Source: Octopus vulgaris
Lineage: Eukaryota
NCBI GenBank assembly: GCA_951406725.2
Contig: OX597831.1
Location: 35,278,001 to 35,342,000, forward strand
Direction: 5' to 3'
Length of the DNA stretch: 64,000 bases
Part shown: one piece after another, positions 41,070 through 54,044 of the stretch
How positions within the stretch are numbered: position 1 is the first letter of the stretch
Layout: every line of letters starts with the position of its first letter
The notes under the pieces: model-generated
What the model was told of the DNA's origin: nothing
The model's database searches: none
What the model saw: the letters and a program-made list of their open reading frames with translations, nothing else
Position numbers and translations under genes: made by a program

Positions 41070-41070
<1 letters not shown>
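40736..41070 (+). mobile_element. tRNA-derived SINE family B, best-preserved copy
   Basis: tggctcagtggttagagcg A-box, gagcttgaatccc B-box-like, CORE-like gagcaaggcact; matches 1510-1850 and 30207-30526. Confidence 0.87.
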
Positions 41071-41109
<39 letters not shown>

Positions 41110-41791
41110 CATACATACATATATATATGATAGACTCTCCTGTCAAAGATGATGTATGAATGTTTAGCTTTTGCTGGACTTCCTGCACGAAGGATTTGTT
41201 GATAGTGATGAAATGTTTGTGCTGCTCATTAGCTCACTTCCACCATCAATTCAACATTGCCTGAATGGTGTACCCACATGTCAGGGGTCGATGTGATCGC
41301 TGAGCAACATGACGGGAAGCATTTTGCTAAAGTATACAATGCACCACCCAGTCTAGGAATTGAAACCATGATCTTGCAATTATGAATCCAACACCATAAC
41401 CACTAGGCCATGAGCCCTCATGTGTGGGTGTGTGTCATTGTGTCTGTTTGTCCTCCACCACCACTTGGCAACCGGTGTTGGTGTGTTTACATCCTTATAA
41501 CTTAACCATTTTGGCAAAAGGAATTGATAGAGCAAGTACCAGGGTTTTAGCAAAATATAAATCCTGGGTTTCATTCAGTCAACTAAAATTCTTCAAAGTA
41601 GTACTCCAGCATGGCCACAGTCTAATAACTGAAACAATCACAAGGTAAGAAATAAAAGATAAACATTCATTTTCAATTTATACAGATATTTTGGCTGCTA
41701 AATTACCAAATAGGAATATTCAAAGAATATTTTGGAACTGGACAATAACGGTGATGATGTTGGCTCTAAAAAAATTTTTATTGTATATATA

Positions 41792-41921
41792 TAAGGTTGT
41801 CCCAAAAGTTCGTAAACATAAATGTCTTTATTTTGAGGAATAATTTTTGTTGTTTTTGTTAGTACTTGGTGAGTAAAAATTCAATTTTTGCAAGTGTTTA
41901 CGAACTTTTGGGACAACCTAA
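41792..41921. mobile_element. Tc1/mariner-type MITE (130 bp)
   Basis: 25-bp perfect inverted repeat aggttgtcccaaaagttcgtaaaca / tgtttacgaacttttgggacaacct; TA on both flanks. Confidence 0.85.
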
Positions 41922-42925
41922 TATTTAATTTTTACACTACTTTCCATTTTATTACTACCATTCATTTCTTAGTTATTGTCCTTTATGATTCAGGTTCAAA
42001 TCCTACCAAGGTCAACTTTGCCTTTTTTGTCCTTCTGGGTTTCGATAAAATAAAATAAGTACCCGTTAAGTATTAGGGACAATTAAATTGACTTGACTCT
42101 GAGCCCAGATTTGAAATTTTGTGTCTACCTTTTACCTTTTTCTTGTTTCAGTTGTTAGACTGCGACCACGCTGGGGCACCTTTTAGTCAAATGAATCGAT
42201 CCTAGTACTTATTTTTTTTTTTTTTAGGTCTGGTGCTTTATTCTATCTGTCTCTTTTGCTGAACTGACTCATCCCCTTCCCCAAGGCAGCTGCCCTTGTG
42301 ACAAAATTTGAAGCTATTATTATTACGATTATTATTATTATTATTATTACTATTTGCACATATTTAAATTTTTTTTAATCCTTTTCTCTGCTGTACATGC
42401 TGTACAATTCAATTCTGAAAAATGTAAAAGCCCCTGAAAAATGTAAAATACTTCTCATTTCAGCCATGAGAGGATTAAAGGTATAATTAAGATATTTGGT
42501 TATTTGGGGTTCAGTTTTTAATTTATATTTATATATTTACTCTTTCTTTCTTTCATTCTTTGGGTTTCTGGAATATTCCACTCTTCAGTTGTTGAATTAC
42601 ATATTTCTTCTTTTATTCATTTTCTTTTTTGTTTTTTTTTTTACTTTTTCTCTCACACATGTTTGTGTGAGCTTAAGGGAGAGGTTTTTATTTCATTACA
42701 CTTTTATTGAATTGAGATTTTTATTTCTAATTTCTCAGTTGCTTTACCAATTTTCTTTGAGAAAGAACCCATGGGTAATATGAAACAAGATTGTTGAAGG
42801 AGTAGATTGGCAGAGATTTCACTCAAAATATGGCATTTCAGTTGCAGATTTTTACAGTTCAAATCCCACCGGAGTTGACTTTGAATTTTTTGTCCTTTTG
42901 AGGAGTTGAAAATATGATGAGATTA

Positions 42926-43573
42926 CCATTATGATTTCCTTTATCATTGCAAGCTGACTTCAGTGTTTACTGACACAGCTATGATCACTTTTAGTTAAAG
43001 AGGACACTGAAATGGACTCACCCAGCTTAATTCCCACAAAGTTCAAATCCTAGCAGAGTCAGTGTTGCATAAGATCATTCAGGGGTCCATTATGATTTCC
43101 TTTATCATTGCAAGCTGACTTCAGTGTTTACTGACACAGCTATGATCACTTTTAGTTAAAGAGGACACTGAAATGGACTCACCCAGCTTAATTCCCACAA
43201 AGTTCAAATCCTAGCAGAGTCAGTGTTGCATAAGATCATTCAGGGGTCCATTATGATTTCCTTTATCATTGCAAGCTGACTTCAGTGTTTACTGACACAG
43301 CTATGATCACTTTTAGTTAAAGAGGACACTGAAATGGACTCACCCAGCTTAATTCCCACAAAGTTCAAATCCTAGCAGAGTCAGTGTTGCATAAGATCAT
43401 TCAGGGGTCCATTATGATTTCCTTTATCATTGCAAGCTGACTTCAGTGTTTACTGACACAGCTATGATCACTTTTAGTTAAAGAGGACACTGAAATGGAC
43501 TCACCCAGCTTAATTCCCACAAAGTTCAAATCCTAGCAGAGTCAGTGTTGCATAAGATTATTCAGGAGTCCAT
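42926..43573. repeat. Tandem array of four 161-bp units
   Basis: Unit starts ccattatgatttcc at 42926, 43087, 43248, 43409; only about 2 substitutions seen, at the end of the last copy. Confidence 0.97.
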
Positions 43574-45218
43574 CAAATAAAGCAGCAGTTGTCATTATTC
43601 TTTAGTCTCATGTCAAGTCTAACCAAAAATGTTCCTGCTACAACTGTGTTACCATATTTTTAGATAACGTGTCAAATACTACATGAAGTGCTGTGAGTTA
43701 GAGTTCAAGCCTTAGACCCTCTTAAAATATATTTCATTACAACTTTCTATGTTAGGATTAAAAAACCTGCTGAGGTCAACTTGATCCTTCTGTGGTCAAT
43801 TATAACAATGTCCCTACAATGTTGCCCTTCCAAAAAAAAAAAAAAAAAAAAACGTGGCAAGGGCACATGTGTTAATGCTAGAAATCAGTATTATTGGTAT
43901 TGTAAGGGTGTTAAATGATGAAATTTCGAACAAATTCATTGATCTGTTATTAATTACTAAGTTTTAATTTTCTGAGTTAAAATCCTGCCAGAGCTTGTCT
44001 TTCTCTTTCATATCCATGTGGTTAATAAATTAAGCACCATTGATAAACATAGCATCAGATCAGTCAATTTTCTTTTTCACCTAAGAAGTCATTTTATGTT
44101 GTTGGCTTAAGAAATGATTATTATTACATGTGATCCTTACTACGAAAAGATTTCATTGTTATTTAACTTTTTTAAAAATATGATATTTTCTTTACTTTAC
44201 ATATTCGATTTAATTTGTTTTATGTCTTTTTGTTGTTTTTTCTGTTGGATATCTTTAAAATTCTTTAATGTTAATTTTACTTTTTAACCTTCTGGTTTTA
44301 AAATGTTATAGTTTTTTTAAAATGTTTTTGTTTGATTCACAGTTGAGACAAGTAGCTTATGTCATAAATGATACATGATAAATGGTATTGATTCAAAGAC
44401 ACACACACACACACCTGCACTCACACATATATATGTGAATGTATATATATGAAAAGAGTAATGTAATTTTCTTGCAGTATTGCACTATGTAAAACTGATG
44501 TAAATACTTCTAAAATATTTGAGTAATGGTGTCAATGAGCGGAAACAAAGATAACAATATCTGTGAAACATTAGCATGTGTGCGAAATACTTAGCAGTAT
44601 TTTGTCTTTCTTTACGTTTTGAGTTCAAATTCCGCCAAGGTCAACTTTGCCTTTCATCCTTTTTTGTGGGGGGGGGGGGTCGATATATTAAGTACCAGTT
44701 GCATACTGGAGTCGATCTAATTGACTGGCCCCCTCCTCCCCACAAAAAATTTCAGGCCTTGTGCCTAGAATAGAAAAAAAAAAAGAATATTTGTGAAATG
44801 TTAGCACACCAGACGAAATGATTAGCAGTATTTCTTCTGTCTTTATATTCTGAGTTCAAATTCTGCTGAGGTTAACTTTGGCTTTCATCCTTTCAGTGTC
44901 GATAAATTAAGTACCAGTTGCATACTGGGGTCGATCTAATTGAAGGGCCCCCTCCCCCAAAATTTTGTGCCTAGAGTAGGGAAGAATATTTGTGATGTCA
45001 ATGAACAAAAACAAAGATAATGATATTTGTATTATTGTACATAGATTACTTAATAACCCCTTGATATTTTGGTACAAATCCTCTATTCAAATAAGAGAAA
45101 GAAAATAATCAGAGTCTAGAGAATTTGTTGTTATTGGCAATCCACCTCAGTCCACCTCATAAGGAATGAACTCACTTATACTCATGTAACCAGGTAGCAC
45201 ACAATGAGGACATATATA

Positions 45219-46185
45219 CGAGGTGGTATCAAAAGGTTCCCGGACTCTCTTTACTCTTACTTGTTTTGGTTATTTGACTGTGGCCATGCAGGAGCACTGT
45301 CCCTAGTCAATCAAATCAACCCCAGGACTTAATTTTTGTAAGCCTAGTACTTATTCTATCAGTCTCTTTTGATGAACTGCTAAGTTACAGGGACGTAAAC
45401 ACACCAGCGTTGGTTGTCAAGCGATCTTGGGGGTACAAACACAGACACACAAACATACACATAAATATGCATATATACGACGGGCTTTCAGTTTCTGCCT
45501 ACCAAATCCACTCACAAGGCTTTATTCAGCCTGAGGTTATAGTAGAAAACACTTGCCCAAGGTACCTTGCAGTGGGACTGAACCCGGAACCATGTAGTTC
45601 GTAAGCAAGCTACTTACCACACAGCCACTCCTATGCCTACGACTAGCTTATTTACCCCAGCTTTAACATCATCTCCTTCGAAACTGTCACCTTGCACAGC
45701 AATACACCTGTCTCAGAGTTCTTGAAACAAGTTTAAGACTTTCTGTGATTCACTCTGGATCTCGACAATGGTGCTAAAATGGCAACCTTTGAGCTGCGTT
45801 TTATCTTGAGGAAAAGATGGAAGTCTGCATGTACTTAATCCGAGGAAGTAGGGTGGGTGTAGAAGTGATACTATGTTGTTTTGGTGAGAAACTCACAAGT
45901 GAGGAGAACTTGGGGACAGGTTGTGTTGTTGTTATGAAGAATCCAGTTTCCATGCTCCACAGATCCAGTTTTTTTCGCTGAATGTCCTCCCTCATACACT
46001 TCAAAATATCGCAGTAGAACTCTCGATTGACGACCTGGCCTTAGAGGATGCATTCTTGGTGCACAAAACCCCATTTCCAAGGGTGACGCTTGTGGCAAGC
46101 TTTCCAGGGATGTTCTTCTACTTTTGAAGCACCTGTACCACTTGAAACATTGCGTATGACCCATTGCCTCATTGCTTTTTGTCCT
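45219..46185 (-). mobile_element. Decayed, internally deleted mariner transposon split by a SINE-A (45247-45638)
   Basis: ta|cgaggtggtatcaaaaggttcccggact mariner-like TIR; minus-strand pieces MGHTQCFKWYRCFKSRRTSLE (HTH-like), VNREFYCDILKCMREDIQRKKLDLW, WILHNNN and a PTLLP/HPPYSPD-like segment, with frameshifts. Confidence 0.85.
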
Positions 46186-47114
46186 TCCTGAGTTGATAGA
46201 CTAAAGTACCCCTCAAGTCCTGGGGTTGATGTAATCATCTAGATCCCTCCACAAAAATTCCAGGCCATGTGCCTAAAGCTGAAAGAATCATTATCTAAAT
46301 CTGCAAGCTGGCAGAATCATTTACATGCTGGACAAAATGTTTAATGGCATTTCACCTGTCTTTATGTTCAAATTCAGCCGAGGTTGACTTTGCCATACAT
46401 CCTTTCGGGGTTGATGAAATAAGCACTGGTTGAGCACTGGGGTTTATGTTATCAATTAGCTTTTCCCACAGAATTCCTGGGCTTGTGGCAAAATTCGAAA
46501 TCATTGCTAGTCTTATCATAAAGGCAGCGAGTTGGCAGAATCATTAGCACGCTGGATGAAATGCTTAGCAGTATTTCACCTGTCGCACCGATCTGAGTTC
46601 AAATTCTGCCAAGGTTGACTTAGCCTTTCATCCTTCCAGGGTTGATAAATTAAGTACCAGTTGAACACTGGAGTCGATGTAATTAACTCATCCCCTCCCC
46701 CGAAATGGCTGCCTTGTGGTAAAATTTGAAACCATTATTATTATTATTATTTTATTATTATTATTATTTTATTATTTTATTATCATTATTATTATTATTA
46801 TATAATATATAATATGTACAAGTATAACCTTATAAAAAATGAGTGATTTTAAATATTAGTTCTATGTCTATTAATAAATTGATAAATATTTTTATGGTTT
46901 TCTGTCTTAAAATGGAATTTTCTCCTGTAGGTGAAAAAAAATTACTTTTGCATTTTGTTTTTTTTCTTTCTAATTTGATTAATATTAATGAGTAATTAAT
47001 AAAATACTATCAGAAGAGTTTGATATGTCAGTTGATTTTGTTTATTGAACAATATTTTAACATCTCTTCTAATCTTGTATTTTCTCTGTGTAGAATTATG
47101 TCAATTTTCATAAA

Positions 47115-47487
47115 TCTCTCTATATATAAACGGCAGTTTGTCTGTGTGTGTTTCTGTGTGTCTGTTAGGTTGTACCCTCACCCTGACCATGGCTTTCAAC
47201 CGATTCTGATGAAACTTGACACACACATAGCCCAATGTCATAATTCAAAACTAACGCAGCGAAAATTTTGAAAAGTTTCCCCAGTTCTGAAAAAAATCGA
47301 TAAATTCGACATGGGGTCGAGAATCAGAAACACAAGCCACAGACTGTCTAGGGGACGCAACTCGACCTTTTTAACTAAAAAAAAATTTACCATAATTTTT
47401 TTTCCATTTTTTTTTGCTATAACTCTCTAAAAATGCTTTATAGTTATTTCCCTTACAAACCCGAGCAACGCCGGGCGATACTGCTAG
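47115..47487 (+). mobile_element. Non-autonomous Helitron, copy 2
   Basis: A|TC start, hairpin cccgagcaacgccggg, CTAG|T end. Confidence 0.85.
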
Positions 47488-47530
47488 TAATTAATAAAAC
47501 TGTAAATATCTTATGCTTTCTTTCCAACAG

Positions 47531-47641
47531 ATTAACTTGGAAGATGATGCAACAAGCGGAGACCTTGGACTTGGTGAAAGTAACCACCACCAATTAAGCC
47601 TGCGCATCAATCTGCCCGGTTCCCATGGTGACCAAGTCTAA
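47531..47641 (+). CDS. SLC9A6/7/9: Terminal coding exon: INLEDDATSGDLGLGESNHHQLSLRINLPGSHGDQV*
   Basis: Strong acceptor ctttctttccaacag|ATT in phase 0, TAA at 47639-47641; EDDATSGDLGLG...RINLP parallels NHE6 EDALDRELAFG...RLVLP; followed by UTR-like sequence. Confidence 0.85.
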   Translation: MNLEDDATSGDLGLGESNHHQLSLRINLPGSHGDQV

Positions 47642-48081
47642 TTTAAACCCTTTTCTTTCTACACACATGCACACACACACACACGCATGCACACACAAAC
47701 ACTTACACATGAACACATAAGCAAAAGAAAAACAAAGGAAAAACTACAACTGCCAGCTAATTCCTCCCTCTCCCTTTCTCTCACTCAGTATAATTGTTCC
47801 TTACCTTGCAAAAACAAAAACAAAAGACAACAACAAAAAAAAGAAAACCCAAAAGAAAATCACACCAATTACTAATTAATTATCTACCATGTCATGGCAA
47901 TAATGGCACATTTGGAAGTAGCAGCAGCAATTCCTTACCCACAGCCAGAAACTGTTTATATAATTGTTTTTGTTTGTTTTATTTTTTATTTTTTATTTTT
48001 GTCTGTTTTGTCTACATTTTTGTTTGTCCATTATAATGGATGAAGAAGACGCATGAAAATGGAGGAGTATATATGTGCATG

Positions 48082-48119
<38 letters not shown>

Positions 48120-48331
48120 TTTGTGTGTGTGTGTGTGTAACAATTTCATTATCCATGAATATGTTTTCGTTCTAGTAACACTTTCCTCTCCCCTGCTTAC
48201 TCATAAACTCATAAAATACTCATACTTCAATTTATGTGTAAGTGTGTGTATGTGTGTCTAAAAAACAAATATGAGTGTAACATGTATAAAGATAAGAACA
48301 CTCAACACTAGATTGATAGAGTATAAGTATA

Positions 48332-48371
<40 letters not shown>

Positions 48372-48412
48372 TATATATGGGGAATAGATTTTCTTTTATG
48401 CATGTTTCATTA

Positions 48413-48418
48413 AATAAA
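48413..48418 (+). terminator. Candidate polyadenylation signal of the main isoform (3'UTR about 47642-48440)
   Basis: AATAAA about 770 nt after the stop, followed by a T-rich downstream tract. Confidence 0.4.
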
Positions 48419-49140
48419 CAACTGTGTTCAAATTTTATCATTTTTATTTTATTTTACTTACATATTTTATTAGTTTTATTTACAGTTTTTCCTAAATTCA
48501 TGTATGAGGTTTCTAGAAATTCACAGTCGCATCACCAAGAATTGAAATGAAAATATCTTATGTTTGTGTTATTTGATCAATCAGTGTATTTATAAGAACC
48601 AACACAGATGCTAGATATTTTCATTTCAATTTTTGGTAATGAGCCTGTGAAGATCTTAAAACTCTGAATATGGATTTAGGAGCTGTACAGTTCCAAATGA
48701 ACAGTGAAACATTAATAAGAAAATATGGAACATATAAGATAAGCAAAAGGTAAATTGAATATAGTTGCACATTTAATGAAACATAAAGCATGCATATTTG
48801 TGTATGTGTGTGTGTGAGGGACTTGTTATTGAAGAATTGAAGAATAATTTTAACTGTTGGGGAACACCCACAAAAGACATATATATATATGTATATATAT
48901 TTTTTTTGTTTATTTCTTAATTTGGGCAATCTGTTATGAAACATCAGAACCTTTTTGTTGCAATTATACAATAAGGTCACCTGACAGCTGACAGTTCTAC
49001 TGCATTTGAAGAACAACTGTCAGTGACCAGTTTCAATATATAGTCTCAGATCGAGTCAACCGACAAATAAGTGAAACATATACACATATATGTGTGAATG
49101 TGTGTGTGCATGTGAGTTTGTATATTTGTACATATATATT

Positions 49141-49247
<107 letters not shown>

Positions 49248-49568
49248 AGAGCATGATAAAGTAAAAATGAAAAGTATTTATTAGAAATAATAATACAGAG
49301 AAAGAAAGAGATCATAAGATTAGTATTTCTTATTAATGATGAAATATGTAAGTCCCTTTGTGTTTTTTATAGTCTGCCAATGTAAACTTACATTGTTTTT
49401 CTGTCCAGCCCCCCCCCCACCCCCCAGCTCCAACCACCAAATTCTATATTTAATCAATGATTAAAAAAAACTTATGTCTTCTTACTGGAAATTTTTCAAC
49501 TACATTTTAGTTTCCTTCATGATAATTTTATTATCATCATTATTATTATTACTATCATTATTATTATT

Positions 49569-50480
49569 AAGGTAGTGAGTTGGAAGAACCAGTAGCATGC
49601 CGGGCAAAATGCTTAGTGGCATTTCATTTGTTTTTACATTCTGAGTTCAAATTCCGTCAAAGTCGACTTTGCCTTTCATCCTTTCAGGGTCGATTAAACA
49701 AGTACCTGTTCAGCACCAGGTTTGATGTAATCGACTTAACCCTCCCCTAACATTTCAGGTCTTGTGCCTATAGGCAAAAAAGGATTATTACTGTTATCAT
49801 CATTATTATTATTATTATTATTAAGGTGGTAAGCTGGCAGAATTGTTAGCATGTTGACTGAAATGCTTAGCGGTTTTTCATTCGTCTTTTATTTCATCCA
49901 TCTTTACGTTCTGAGTTCAAATTCCTCCAAGATTGACTTTGCCGTTCCTTCTTCCGGGGTCGACAAAATAAGTACCAGTCGAACTCTGGGGTCGATGCAA
50001 TCAACTCACCCCTCCCCCAAGATTGCTGCCCTTGTGGCAAAATTTGAAGCCATTAATGTTATTATTATTATTATCATTATTATTATTATTATTATCATTA
50101 TGGGTTTGGGAGAGTCATTAGAGCCTTAGAAAAATTACTTTAGAGTATTTGTTCCTGTATTCAGCATTACTTTATTTAGATCCTCCTGAGCTAAATTTTG
50201 CCTTTCATCTTTCTGGGGCGAATAAGTTAAAGTTCCAGCCAGGCACTAGGGTCAGCATCATTGACTGTTCCCCTCCTCCTCAGATTTCTAGTCTTGTGCT
50301 TCTCTTTACTGTTTAAGAGCATTGGACTTGCAGAATCACTGGAGCATCGTAGAAAATACCTTGTGTTATCTGTTATTGCTCTTTATGTTTTGAGTCAGAA
50401 TCCCACCGAAATCTACCTTGCCTTACATGCTTTTGGAGTTAATGAGATAATGTACTAGTTAAGTACTTCTATACTAGGCC
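49569..50480 (+). mobile_element. Head-to-tail run of SINE-C copies, partly separated by (ATT)n (similar runs at 44560-44990 and 46190-46740)
   Basis: Repeated agctggcagaat...gagttcaaattc...ttcatccttt..gggtcga...aagtacc units. Confidence 0.8.
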
Positions 50481-50714
50481 TGATTTCATTGACTATCCAC
50501 TTCCTCCAAACCTTTTTTTTGTCTTCCTCCAATTCTCCAAATAAGCCTGCTTCCCTCGTTCCAGTTCTTCTCAAGTAAGCAGTCTCTCCATTCTCTTTTT
50601 CCCCTCACTTCAGCTTTTCCTAAGTAAGCTCCCTGCCTTCACTCCAGTTCATCTCATGCTGGCCTTCTTCTCTCATTCTAGCTATTTTCAATTAAGTCCT
50701 ACAATAATTCTATC

Positions 50715-50750
<36 letters not shown>

Positions 50751-51541
50751 TAATAATAGTAATAATTAAAATAACAACAATAACAACAACAGCAGCAATT
50801 TTAATGTAATTCTTTTAAGCCATAAGAATTCATTTTGTATTTTTGGATGTCCTGAGATGTTTTGTGATCAATCAGGGTCAATAATTTATGTACCAGTCAA
50901 GTACTGGGGTCAATATGATTGAGAACTCCTCTTGTCCTATTTCAGGCCTTGTGCCTATATCAGGAAAAATAGAAAAAACTTCTTTTAATAACAACTCATT
51001 ATTATTATCATTATTATTATTATTATTATTATGCTAACAACTCCAAATTGTAACAACAATACTAACAATAGTCAGTAATGTTTATTGATGAGCTAATGAG
51101 GTTGCTCAACTTGCTAGAAATAAGAGCCAAATTTCCCTCAAATTTCCATCGTAATGTCTTGAAAGAGAAATGATGCTTTGTACAATGTAGTTGTATATCT
51201 AAACAACAAGCAACAATAACAACACTACTACTGCTGCTGCTACTACTACTACTACTATTGCTGCTGCTGCTCTCTCTCGTCAAAAACAACTTATGGGCGT
51301 TCAGCTCTTGCTGAATGACCTGCACAAATGTTTGTGCCACACATCATTAGCTCACTCTCTCCATCAAATCGACGTTACCTGAACAGGTGGACGGTGCACT
51401 GCACGTCAAGTGTTGAAGTGATCGCAGAGCGGCATGAGAGGAAATGTTTTTGCTCAAGAACGCAACACACCACTCAGTCCAGGAATTGAAACCACAATCT
51501 CCCAATCATGATTGCAATGCCTTACTAGGCCAATGCACCCT

Positions 51542-51602
<61 letters not shown>

Positions 51603-51634
51603 GCTAATAATAATAATAATAATGATAATAATAA

Positions 51635-51851
51635 TCTGTTGTGTCTGGAGAGAGTCATTTTCTTTTTGTGCCTTATTATTTAACACACTCACTGGTAAAA
51701 TTTCCACTTATTTCTTATTTTTATTGAAAAGGTTACAACATGCAATGAAAATTTTAGGAAAATAAAAATAAGAAATAAGTGGAAATTTTACCAGTGAGTG
51801 TGTTAAATAATAAGGCACAAAAAGAAAATGACTCTCCCCAGACACAACAGA
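51635..51851. repeat. Near-perfect inverted repeat, 91-bp arms and 35-nt spacer
   Basis: 51635-51725 is the reverse complement of 51761-51851 with one mismatch. Confidence 0.95.
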
Positions 51852-52646
51852 CTCATATAAAGAATCTTGCAAACCAAATCCAAAAACGAAAAATAAAAAT
51901 AATCCTTTCTTTATAAGCCACAAGGTCTGACAAGAATAAGATATAATAATAATAATAGTGATAATGGTTTATTTCACCATTTGTATGTGTGTGCCTGCAA
52001 TTGTTTATGATTGTGCCTCCTCATCTTGATATGATGTGATAGTTGTAAATGAGACTCACCAGCATACAGGCAGTGTCCTTTGTTTCCAATCTTCTGCAAG
52101 AACGCATCTGGCCTCTGGCCCTGCTTGAAAGTAGGTGAAGATTATTAACCAGAAGGGCATTCAGCGATAGAAAATAGCTGAATTCTGCCTGACCCATGCA
52201 GGCATGGAAAAATGGATGTTCAAACAATGCTGATAAATAGAAAACTATAAAAATCAATTTTGTAAAATCTTAACTTTAATGATAAAATAATATAAAATAA
52301 TAATTTTGATGATGAAATAATAATTAATAATAAATTAATGAATTTGCTCTGGCTTCAGTAAGAGAGGAAGCCCCCACCCCTTAAAATCCTTTAATCGTTT
52401 GCTTTAGACATTCATACATCGAAGTTGACGGTGGGTGACTATTATATTAAAGAATAAAAAAATAATATAATATTATATCATAGACATGATGAAGTAATCT
52501 AAAACCATATTTATAATAATGATAAGATAATATAATAAAATGATAGTAAGAATTTAAAAACTTAGAACATGAATTCTTTTTTGTAATGCTCTAAATAATA
52601 ACATGCAAATATTGGGTTAAAAAGCCCTTGAATGGAAGAGATTAAA

Positions 52647-52719
52647 GGCTTCCTATAGGGCTTGAACCCACATCTCCTGCACACACGAAAGGCGTTCTAC
52701 CATTGGACCAAAGTAATCC
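52647..52719 (-). pseudogene. Degenerate tRNA-like sequence (73 nt; tRNA pseudogene or isolated SINE head)
   Basis: Minus strand GGATTACTTTGGTCCAATGGTAGAACG...GTGGGTTCAAGCCCTATAGGAAGCC has A and B boxes; acceptor and anticodon stems only partly pair, so identity is unassignable. Confidence 0.5.
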
Positions 52720-54044
52720 TTCGAATTTCTCTTTGCATTTCAGAAACTTTATTCTTATCAGTGAGGATTGTATGTTTTTGACATCAATCCACTATTTAAA
52801 AAGTAATTATAGATGTAGAAAAGAAAGAACGTACCTTTCTATTAAACTGAAATATCAAAACCAATAGCTGAAGATATAACAACTTTCCTCTCTCTCTCTC
52901 TCTATATATATATGACGGGCTTCTTTCAGTTTCCGTCTACCAAATCCACTCACAAGGCTTTAGTTGGCTTGAGGCTATAGTGGAAGACACTTACCCAAGG
53001 TGCCATGCGATTGGTAAGCAAGATACTTACCACACAGCCACTCCTGCACATATATATATATATATATATATATCTTTCATGAAAATGTAATATATAAAAA
53101 AACATCCACCTTCAAATTCACTAAAATTTTTTTTCCTTCCCTTCTGCTCTCTTTCTTTCTCATGGCATACGTAATCACTACAACCAATAGTAACCAAGAT
53201 CGGTTTACTTTGCTCAGACCATCATCATCATCGTCAAACCTAACAGACTTCTGAGATGATGAGCTTATTGATGGTGGCTGAACAATACATCGATACATTG
53301 CCATGCATGCACACTCACCCAGAGAAATTGATTTATTGGTGACTCACAACTGGTATTCGACATGCACACACACACACATACACACACACACACGTATGTG
53401 TATGTGTATACGTGCTTATATATATTGTATGGTCATGTGATAGTAGTATGAAGTATGAATTATATATTTTACATTGCTCTAACATTATCCGGTTTGAAAC
53501 TCAGCATGCTGGGTAGAGTGGATAGATAGATATACTTATTTTGTCAAAGTTGATAGTCTTCTCTTAGTTTAATCTTAGCTGGGCTATTCATGACTGCACA
53601 ACCCAGCTAAGGATAAAAACTCAGAGCAGACTATCAGACTATCAACTTTGATATAATAAATATGTATATAATATTGTATATATGTGAGTGAATATACATA
53701 CATACATACATATATATATATAAATATATATGTATATATATATGGTATTTGTATAACTGCAAATAATGTCAATGCCTAATCTTGTTGGTTGGAGGTTTAA
53801 TGCTTGTAATTAACACCATTAATAAGTGTTTCTGTGTTTACTTGCTTGTTAATTTTAGTTTTAAATTGTTTATTTAATATACAAGACTTTAATACAATAT
53901 ATTTTCCGTTACTGTTCTGTTTTTTTAAAATTTCTAACACTAATTTTACTAATGGTATATTATGCTTTTTTTTTTTTTTTAGTATTTACTGATATGTGTG
54001 TGCTTGTGTATGTGTGTGTGTGTGCGTGCGCGCATAGATACATG

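Noticed and set aside
42926-43573. CRISPR-like regular repeat
   Set aside because: Units are contiguous and identical with no unique spacers; eukaryotic intron with no cas genes.
45801-46238. Active transposase gene
   Set aside because: Frameshifted, internally deleted, SINE-interrupted, and the second TIR was not seen.
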